DNA of 56,975 bases from a virus: positions 1 through 56,975 of IMG/VR virus record IMGVR_UViG_3300035533_000009; one strand, written 5' to 3'. This document shows positions 51,171-56,975 of this stretch, piece by piece. Position 1 is the stretch's first letter. The number at the start of each line of letters is the position of its first letter. The notes below the pieces were generated by a model. That model saw only the letters and a program-made list of their open reading frames with translations. It ran no database searches and had not been told where the DNA came from. A program made the position numbers and the translations under genes.

Positions 51171-51593
51171 CTATTCGGAGAGGCGGGCACCGCATGTTTC
51201 CAACACCTCGCGGTATTCGGTGACGATCCCGTGGGGCTGCCAGAAGCGGTAAGCGACGTCCTGGATCGCGATTTTACTCGCAAGGGGGAGCGCATCTATG
51301 CTCCTTGCGAATGACTTGCTATAAACCCCCCACTTTTCGGCCAGCCCATCTTTTGTGCCGCACTCAGCGACATCGGCTTCCAGGTTATGGGCGTGGAGCC
51401 CTTCAAGTTCAACGCCATTGAGCATGTCCATCAAAAAGAGCCATTCGTTTTCCGTGAACTCAGGCATGGCATCCTTTATCATGCAGTCCCAATCCCGGAC
51501 GATGCCGGTCAGACGCCGGGAGAACGCTCCGGGTTCGTCGCACCCGATTATGGGCATGATTTCGTCGGATAAATAGATAGTTTTTCTGGGCAT
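51171..51593 (-). CDS. Hypothetical protein F of the minus-strand operon (140 aa)
   Basis: MPRKTIYLSDEIMPIIG... (possibly an RHH-like start). GGAG RBS directly after the upstream terminator. Met36 of the track ORF is used. Confidence 0.55.
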   Translation of the reverse strand: MPRKTIYLSDEIMPIIGCDEPGAFSRRLTGIVRDWDCMIKDAMPEFTENEWLFLMDMLNGVELEGLHAHNLEADVAECGTKDGLAEKWGVYSKSFARSIDALPLASKIAIQDVAYRFWQPHGIVTEYREVLETCGARLSE

Positions 51594-51605
51594 GTTATTT
51601 CTCCT

Positions 51606-51630
51606 ATAAAAAGCCCCTCCGAAGAGGGGC
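51606..51630 (-). terminator. Intra-operon intrinsic terminator/attenuator (minus strand)
   Basis: On the minus strand, GCCCCTC-TTCG-GAGGGGC followed by TTTTTAT. Confidence 0.55.
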
Positions 51631-51636
51631 GGGTAG

Positions 51637-51819
51637 CTATTCTTCGACTTCGACCGGACGAATTGTCCAGCCGTCACCCTCCGGGAAAACCGTGTCAACC
51701 GGCTTCCCGGCCTCCCCTTTGCGGGGAGATTCGGTTACTGTAACCCCTTCGTCAGATGAGAAAAACACGAGGCCCAGCGGCCCCGCTGCAACTTCAATAA
51801 ACGCTTCAAACTTTTCCAT
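51637..51819 (-). CDS. Hypothetical protein E (60 aa)
   Basis: MEKFEAFIEVAAGPLGLVFFSSDEG.... GGAG lies 7 nt before ATG 51819. Confidence 0.5.
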   Translation of the reverse strand: MEKFEAFIEVAAGPLGLVFFSSDEGVTVTESPRKGEAGKPVDTVFPEGDGWTIRPVEVEE

Positions 51820-51872
51820 GGTCATTCTCCTTTCTGTTTATTGCCCCGACCGGAGCCGGGGCGGTGAATGGT

Positions 51873-52646
51873 TTATAACGCAGCGGCTACAACTTCTACC
51901 GGCTTCATCCTGGTGGCGCAGCGTTTGCCGGAAGCGCAGATTTGATATTCACAACCGCTGACCTCGACCTTGACTATCATCAGGTTGGTGTGTTCCCGCG
52001 CTGGGCCAAAGATGTTGTTTGCGCGGGCTGCCTCCAGTACTTCATCCATTGAGCGGTAGTAGTAGAATCCGCCGGTGTGGTCATCAGTGGCTTTTTCTAC
52101 GCGGGTTTTGCCAAGCGGCCATTCTGATCCATCCCAGCAGCTGACCAGGTTGCCGGATTCGTCGATGGTGAGGGCTTTGTATCCCTCGCGTTTTACCTGG
52201 GCTTTTGTTCTGAGCTGTTCTTTGCCTGTTACTACTGCAATGGCGTACCCGAGGAGGTTCCCGCCGGCCTTGGCAGCTTTGGCGGCTACCGATTTTTTGG
52301 CAGGCTCCACGATAGTGCCGTTGCCGTGCTTTTTAATCAGATAGTAGTCTTTTTTTACTGTTTTGATTCCGTAGCGCGTTCCCTCTGCTTCGCGGCAGCA
52401 GACCAGAACAGCTTTGCCGTTGGGGGCTATGTCGTAGATTTCGTGATGGATGGCGGTACCGATCCGCTTGTTGCCGATGCGAGAGTTTACGCGCTCCCAT
52501 GTCATGTTGTCGTAGGCCTGGGGGATTCTCTTTTTGCTGGCCGCTTTTGATACCAGTTCGCGAGCCTGCTCAAGCAGGTTTGATTCTGTGTTCAGGTTGA
52601 TGATTTCGCCATACTCGCTGCGGGTCATAGTTGCTACGGTCATCAT
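51873..52646 (-). CDS. Hypothetical protein D (257 aa)
   Basis: AAAGGAG RBS 7 nt before the ATG. No motif recognised. Confidence 0.6.
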   Translation of the reverse strand: MMTVATMTRSEYGEIINLNTESNLLEQARELVSKAASKKRIPQAYDNMTWERVNSRIGNKRIGTAIHHEIYDIAPNGKAVLVCCREAEGTRYGIKTVKKDYYLIKKHGNGTIVEPAKKSVAAKAAKAGGNLLGYAIAVVTGKEQLRTKAQVKREGYKALTIDESGNLVSCWDGSEWPLGKTRVEKATDDHTGGFYYYRSMDEVLEAARANNIFGPAREHTNLMIVKVEVSGCEYQICASGKRCATRMKPVEVVAAAL

Positions 52647-52652
52647 GATATT

Positions 52653-52730
52653 TCTCCTTTCGCCTCATCCGGCGTTTCAGGTAGAGGTTATCCTTCTTTC
52701 ACTTCATCCGATGGTTCAGGTAGAGGTTAT
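52653..52730 (-). repeat. Tandem ~39-bp leader repeat (two copies), with a third copy at 53707-53746
   Basis: On the minus strand: GATAACCTCTACCTGAA(A/C)C(G/A)(C/T)CGGATGA(G/A)G(C/T)GAAAG(G/A)AG. The proximal copy supplies the SD of gene D. The third copy supplies the SD of gene A. Confidence 0.8.
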
Positions 52731-52741
52731 TTTTATATTCA

Positions 52742-52924
52742 TTATTCTGCAGATAGTTTTTCGGCAAGAGCTATAGCCCAGTCCTCTGCCTCTGCCTTAC
52801 AAGGAAACCAATCGTGGTCTTCGTAATATTTGGGATCATTTACGCCAGTGCAGCATCCGATATTAGATACTGTTGCAAACCATGTGTTTTTGTCAGATTT
52901 GTATACGGTATAGTTAAATTTCAT
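52742..52924 (-). CDS. Hypothetical protein C (60 aa)
   Basis: MKFNYTVYKSDKNTWFATVSNIGCCTGVNDPKYYEDHDWFPCK.... ORF only. Confidence 0.45.
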   Translation of the reverse strand: MKFNYTVYKSDKNTWFATVSNIGCCTGVNDPKYYEDHDWFPCKAEAEDWAIALAEKLSAE

Positions 52925-52942
52925 GATTTTTCCTTTGGTTGT

Positions 52943-53004
52943 GCCCCTCCGGAGAGGGGCTGCATGTTCCCCTTTGGTTATGCCCCGACTATTTAAGCCG
53001 GGGC
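52943..53004 (-). repeat. Two tandem hairpin + A-rich + SD-like intercistronic units
   Basis: Hairpins GCCCCTC-CGGA-GAGGGGC (52943-60) and GCCCCG-11 nt-CGGGGC (52982-53004). On the minus strand each is followed by A(C/T)AACCAAAGG. A similar unit lies at 51843-62. Confidence 0.7.
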
Positions 53005-53022
53005 GAGATGTCCCATATCTTT

Positions 53023-53409
53023 TTAGGTCGTTCCTTCGACAAAGCCGATATGACGGAATACAGCCTTTTTTACTGTTTTCCCTTCAACAATCTCCTCAAC
53101 ACTCTCCCGCCGTGAAAAGGCGTAGAGCGGAGTGATTTTACTCTGAGCCAGTGCTCTTTCGAGCACCGGCATGAAGAACGGCGCGCCGCCGATCATGGCG
53201 CACCACTGGGCGTGATCCCCGCAGATGTGACAGTCAATCTCTCGATGGACTATCTCAACCAATTTCAAGGCGCGAGACTCCATCTCTTGATGAGATGGGA
53301 TTTCGTCAAAGGTGAGCAAGTTTTGCGCCTGCTTTTTCCCTTCCGGTTCCAGAACGCCCTGCTCAGGTGTTCCAGTATGTTGGGTCAGATTTACTATTAT
53401 TCTTTCCAT
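53023..53409 (-). CDS. Hypothetical protein B (128 aa)
   Basis: MERIIVNLTQHTGTPEQGV...CHICGDHAQWCAMIGGAPFFMP.... GGAG RBS. Looks like an alpha/beta fold family that I cannot name. Confidence 0.55.
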   Translation of the reverse strand: MERIIVNLTQHTGTPEQGVLEPEGKKQAQNLLTFDEIPSHQEMESRALKLVEIVHREIDCHICGDHAQWCAMIGGAPFFMPVLERALAQSKITPLYAFSRRESVEEIVEGKTVKKAVFRHIGFVEGTT

Positions 53410-53467
53410 GTTGTTCTCCTTCTGTTTAATAGATATGCTAATCAAAGCATACATATGCCCTTCAAGG

Positions 53468-53701
53468 TCAGATTATGGTCACTCTGGGACGGAACGCTCC
53501 GTCCTCCATACTAACTATGTTTTCCCAGTAGCCGAGAAGGTCGCCCTTGCGGGCTTGGAAGCTTTTCCCCAGAAGCTTAGGGAAGGTCGAGGCGGGGGCA
53601 TCCGCCTCTATTTTATAAAGGTCGTGAGCCGGGGTGTACAAGTACACCCCCAACTCAACTTCTTCAGTCCTTGCTTTCCTGAATCCTTTGTATACCAACA
53701 T
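53468..53701 (-). CDS. Hypothetical protein A (77 aa), first gene of the minus-strand operon
   Basis: GGAGG lies 5 nt before ATG 53701 (Met8 of the track ORF). Confidence 0.5.
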   Translation of the reverse strand: MLVYKGFRKARTEEVELGVYLYTPAHDLYKIEADAPASTFPKLLGKSFQARKGDLLGYWENIVSMEDGAFRPRVTII

Positions 53702-53775
53702 AACATCCTCCTTTCGCCCCATTCGGCGTTTCAGGTTGTGGGGATCGGCTTATCCGTTCCCCTGACTTGTGTGTA

Positions 53776-53803
53776 ATACTATCATACCATCATACATCGT
53801 CAA
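53776..53803 (-). promoter_or_regulatory. sigma70-like promoter TTGACG-16 nt-TAGTAT for the minus-strand operon
   Basis: The reverse complement of 53776-53803 reads TTGACGATGTATGATGGTATGATAGTAT, about 70 nt upstream of gene A. Confidence 0.5.
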
Positions 53804-53875
53804 GCCCTAAAAATGCTACTCAGTGCTTTTTCTTCGCAAGTGCCCGTAAATCTGAAAGAAAAAAATGTAAAAATA

Positions 53876-53904
53876 TTGATTGAGTTTCCACTGTGTAGTA
53901 AACT
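53876..53904 (+). promoter_or_regulatory. sigma70-like promoter TTGATT-17 nt-TAAACT, divergent from the minus-strand operon and reading into IS element 2 and terS
   Basis: Hexamers and a 17-nt spacer read directly. Confidence 0.4.
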
Positions 53905-53985
53905 GTGTATATGGGGTACTCAATATGCAAAGGCAGTTCAGGGCGTGTGCCGGGCTTTAGATAGCGCGTGCAGCGTAGGACTGAC

Positions 53986-55364
53986 CTTTTGCGCGGCAAG
54001 CCCCGTCGTTCACGGCGGGGAAGGATAGCGCGGACGGCGTAGCCGGCTTGTAAATTTGGGCTATTGCTTTTTTGTAAAGCTGTGAGAGCATCGAGACATG
54101 AAACGACTTCAAGCCTTTAAATACGCATTGGTTTCAGACGGTCAGCAAGAGCGGCAAATGCGCCGCTTTGCTGGATCGTGCCGGTTCGTATTTAACCGGG
54201 CACTGGCGTTGCAGAAGTCGCTTCATGAGCAGGGAGAGAAGAAGGTCGGCTACGCTGGGCTATGCAAACAACTCACCGAGTGGCGCAATAGCCCGGATAC
54301 CGCTTGGTTGGCGGAAGCGCCGGTTCATCCGCTCCAGCAATCACTCAAGGACCTGGAGCGGGCTTACGCCAACTTCTTCGCGGGTCGGGCGGCGTTCCCC
54401 CGGCGAAAAAAGAAAGGCCAGTGCGACAGATTTCGCTATCCCGACCCGAAACAGATCAAGCTCGACCAGGGCAACAGCCGTATCTTTCTTCCCAAGCTCG
54501 GTTGGCTGCGCTATCGCAATAGCCGCGAGGTCCTTGGGGACGTAAAGAACGTCACCGTCTCACAAAGAGCCGGTCGGTGGTTTGTCAGTATCCAGACCGA
54601 ACGGGAGGTTGCCGCTCCTATTCATCCGTCCGGCTCCACGGTCGGAATCGACATGGGAGTGGCCCGGTTCGCCACACTGTCGGACGGAACGGTAGTCGCC
54701 CCATTGAACAGCTTTAAAAAGCACCAACGGGCGCTTCGCAAAGCCCAGCAATCGCTTGCACGCAAAGTCAAACGCTCGAACAACTGGAAAAAGCAGAAAC
54801 GCAAAATTGCAAAGCTCCACGCCCGGATCGCCGATGTGCGTAACGACTTTCTTCACAAAACCAGCACCGCAATCAGCAAAAACCACGCGGTTGTCGTGCT
54901 GGAAGACTTGATCGTGAAGAATATGTCCGCATCAGCGAAAGGCACCGTGGAGCAGCCAGGCCGCAACGTCCGGCAAAAATCGGGACTCAACCGCTCCATT
55001 CTCGACCAGGGATGGTGCGAGTTTCGCCGGCAACTGGAGTACAAGCTGGCATGGGCGGGTGGATTGGTTATTGCCATACCGCCACGCAACACCAGCCGCA
55101 CCTGCCCGTGTTGCGGTCACATTTGCGCAGACAACCGCAAGACGCAGGCTGATTTCCTCTGCGTCCATTGCGGACACGCAGGAAATGCCGACCTGGTTGC
55201 GGCAATCAACATAAAAAGGGCAGGACATGCCCGGTTCGCCTGTGAAGTGAGTGGTGCAACAATGCCGCCAGCAGCAGGAACCCACCGAAGCGACTTCGGG
55301 TCAGCTCAATGCTGCGCCTTAGCGCCGTAGGAATCCCCTTCCTTCAGGGAGGGGAGGACGTCAA
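53986..55364 (+). mobile_element. TnpB-only IS200/IS605-family element 2 (no tnpA)
   Basis: The LE hairpin CCCCGTCG-TTCA-CGGCGGGG (54001-20) lies 15 nt after CTGAC (53981-85) and is followed by AAGGATAGCGCG, as in element 1. The 36-nt RE (55329-64) is identical to 51065-51100. Confidence 0.8.
54098..55330 (+). CDS. tnpB: TnpB RNA-guided nuclease (IS605 OrfB family), divergent second copy
   Basis: RuvC residues in VGIDMGVARF, VVLEDLIVKNM and GNADLVAAINI. Zinc ribbon CPCCGH...CVHCGH. Confidence 0.9.
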   Translation: MKRLQAFKYALVSDGQQERQMRRFAGSCRFVFNRALALQKSLHEQGEKKVGYAGLCKQLTEWRNSPDTAWLAEAPVHPLQQSLKDLERAYANFFAGRAAFPRRKKKGQCDRFRYPDPKQIKLDQGNSRIFLPKLGWLRYRNSREVLGDVKNVTVSQRAGRWFVSIQTEREVAAPIHPSGSTVGIDMGVARFATLSDGTVVAPLNSFKKHQRALRKAQQSLARKVKRSNNWKKQKRKIAKLHARIADVRNDFLHKTSTAISKNHAVVVLEDLIVKNMSASAKGTVEQPGRNVRQKSGLNRSILDQGWCEFRRQLEYKLAWAGGLVIAIPPRNTSRTCPCCGHICADNRKTQADFLCVHCGHAGNADLVAAINIKRAGHARFACEVSGATMPPAAGTHRSDFGSAQCCALAP

Positions 55365-55504
55365 TGAGCCGAGAATCCCGCGCGGCTTTGATATGCGCTG
55401 TCCGGAGATGGGCGGCAAGGGGAATAACTATTTAAAACTATTGTGTCTGAGCAGGCAGCGGAACGGGTGTTTGTGTGCTGTGGGTCGGGCAGTAAGGGGT
55501 GGGC

Positions 55505-55708
55505 ATGGCAGATACCGTGGTGCGAAAATCTGATCTAGGGGGCAAAGTGGCGCGCAAGCTGGAGCCGCTGGTACGTGAAGCGCTGGCTCTCTGTCCGCCT
55601 GATTACGCGGGTGAGATATCCCTGACAGCCACAGTACAGGTGAGCCAAGGCGGCGCGACATGCGTGACATTGGAGACGCTGGGGGCAAAGCAGCGTAGCA
55701 GGAGGTAA
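55505..55708 (+). CDS. Hypothetical protein (67 aa) upstream of terS
   Basis: ATG after AAGGGG. The stop lies 4 nt before the terS ATG. Confidence 0.45.
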   Translation: MADTVVRKSDLGGKVARKLEPLVREALALCPPDYAGEISLTATVQVSQGGATCVTLETLGAKQRSRR

Positions 55709-55712
55709 GCAA

Positions 55713-56240
55713 ATGGCAAGGCAGGTAAAGCTCACAGCAAAGCAGGAGGCATTTGTGCGCGAATACCTGGTTGATCTTAATGCAACGCAGGCGGCGATAC
55801 GGGCGGGGTATAAGGCGGTTAATGCGCATACAGTGGCTTCGCAAAACTTGGCAAAGCCATATGTAGCTGAGCGTATTCAGGAACTTATGGATGAGCGCTC
55901 AAAGAAAACCGAGATAACCGCTGAAAGGGTCTTGGAGGAGTTAGCCAAGATGGCTTTCGCGAACATTGCAAATATCTACGATGACCAGGGTAGGCTGCTC
56001 CCGGTGAAGGAGATGCCAGAAGATGTGGCGGCGTGTCTCCAGGAAGTAACCGAGGGTGTGGATCGGAACGGCGATGTGCAGCGCAAGTACAAGATGGCAG
56101 ACAAAAAATCCACGCTGGAGTTGCTGGGCAAACACCTGAAACTCTTTACCGATAAAACCGAGGTAACAGGCAAGGACGGGGAACAGCTCATGCCGACGAC
56201 AGTACAGCTTGTGGCACCGAAGGGGTCTGGCAGCAAGTGA
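55713..56240 (+). CDS. terS: Terminase small subunit (Terminase_2 / P27-type)
   Basis: LTAKQEAFVREYLVDLNATQAAIRAGY...AKPYVAERI is the typical small-terminase HTH N-terminus. Overlaps the terL start. Confidence 0.85.
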   Translation: MARQVKLTAKQEAFVREYLVDLNATQAAIRAGYKAVNAHTVASQNLAKPYVAERIQELMDERSKKTEITAERVLEELAKMAFANIANIYDDQGRLLPVKEMPEDVAACLQEVTEGVDRNGDVQRKYKMADKKSTLELLGKHLKLFTDKTEVTGKDGEQLMPTTVQLVAPKGSGSK

Positions 56241-56975
56241 GCGAGGTCGCGAATATAGAGCTGCCGCCTAAGCTGATCCCGGTGTTTACGGGGGAGGCAA
56301 GCTACAGGGGTGCATACGGAGGCCGGGGCAGTGCCAAAACAAGATCGTTTGCGCTTATGTCCGCCGTAAAGGGCTATGCGCTGGCAGAAGCAGGGCGCAC
56401 AGGCGTCATCCTGGCAGGGCGTGAGCTGATGAACTCGCTCGATGACTCGTCGATGGAAGAGATCAAGCAGGCCATAAGGTCTGTGCCCTGGCTTGAGGCG
56501 TACTATGAAATCGGCGAAAAGTATATACGCACGAAGAACCGGCGCATTAAATACGTATTTAGCGGTCTGCGGCACAACCTCGACAGTGTGAAGTCCAAGG
56601 CGCGGATACTGTTGGCATGGATTGATGAGGCGGAGCAGGTAACGGATGAGGCGTGGCGCAAGTTAATCCCAACTGTTCGCGAAGATGGCTCCGAGATATG
56701 GGTGACGTGGAACCCTGAGACTGATGGTAGCCCGACAGACCAGCGTTTTCTGAAGCATCCGCCGAAAAATGCCAAGATCGTCGAGATGAACCACCGGGAC
56801 AACCCGTGGTTCACTGCACGTCTGGAAGAGGAGCGGCAAAACGATATAGCCCGCGACCCGGTAATGGCTGCCCACATATGGGAGGGCGAGTACCTTGAGT
56901 ATGTGGATGGGGCCATTTATGCGCGAGAGCTGCAACAGGCGCGGGAGGCGGGCAGGATAACCTCAATCCCCATCG
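56237..56975 (+). CDS. terL: Terminase large subunit, N-terminal (ATPase) part; runs off the window end and continues at nt 128
   Basis: GTG 56237 (GTGA overlap with terS). Walker A YGGRGSAKT and Walker B LLAWIDEAE. In frame with ORF 16..681 through the 127-bp repeat. Confidence 0.85.
   Translation, partial: MSEVANIELPPKLIPVFTGEASYRGAYGGRGSAKTRSFALMSAVKGYALAEAGRTGVILAGRELMNSLDDSSMEEIKQAIRSVPWLEAYYEIGEKYIRTKNRRIKYVFSGLRHNLDSVKSKARILLAWIDEAEQVTDEAWRKLIPTVREDGSEIWVTWNPETDGSPTDQRFLKHPPKNAKIVEMNHRDNPWFTARLEEERQNDIARDPVMAAHIWEGEYLEYVDGAIYARELQQAREAGRITSIPI
56849..56975. repeat. Second copy of the 127-bp terminal repeat
   Basis: Identical to nt 1-127. Confidence 0.95.

Noticed and set aside
52653-52730. 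Assigning the repeated leaders to a known riboswitch class (preQ1-I, guanidine-II, SAM-II)
   Set aside because: The sequences do not fit the conserved cores of those classes as I remember them. Only the general hairpin/pseudoknot-with-SD geometry is similar.

Overview
The window is a complete, circularly assembled dsDNA phage genome. Nucleotides 1-127 are identical to 56849-56975, so the unique length is 56,848 bp, and the only gene cut by linearisation is terL. No database search was possible, so every family call rests on motifs I could read and on gene order.

Nearly all genes are on the + strand:
- Packaging and head, 55.5 kb across the junction to about 9.4 kb: terS, terL, portal, scaffold and major capsid.
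- Receptor binding, 9.4-15.1 kb: a 1,062-aa repeat-rich tail fibre plus accessory ORFs. The region is visibly more AT-rich from about 10.4 kb.
- Probable internal/ejection proteins, 15.2-30.5 kb, ending in one 3,554-aa polyvalent ORF. It carries SNF2-type helicase, N6-adenine methyltransferase, PARP-like ADP-ribosyltransferase and HExxH metallopeptidase motifs.
- Lysis and accessory islet, 30.5-33.9 kb: Amidase_3 endolysin, tRNA-Tyr, a DUF2829 (Tad2-family) protein, a free-standing NrdD glycyl-radical mini-protein, DUF1353, and two paralogous Cys-rich mini-ORFs.
- Immunity switch, 33.97-34.83 kb: a divergent cI-like/Cro-like pair whose repressor has lost its S24 peptidase core. No integrase is present anywhere.
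- Early region, 34.8-49.6 kb: Rha, Rad52-type annealase, YqaJ-type exonuclease, SSB, Dam, MazG-like, Dcm, a YbcO/DUF968-like protein, a PD-(D/E)xK nuclease, a replication organiser, Dcd, and many small zinc-ribbon ORFs, some frame-disrupted.
- TnpB region, 49.7-55.4 kb: two divergent TnpB-only IS200/IS605-family elements with identical 36-nt right ends. They flank a self-contained six-gene minus-strand operon of unknown function.

There is no tape measure, sheath or tube gene, so the virion is podovirus-like. From memory the layout resembles Bcep22-type phages, which carry giant DarB-like proteins.

The most interesting candidates for undescribed biology are:
- the TnpB-flanked minus-strand operon
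- the polyvalent giant protein
- the tRNA/Tad2-like/NrdD-mini accessory islet
- two promoter-to-terminator units that look like small-RNA genes
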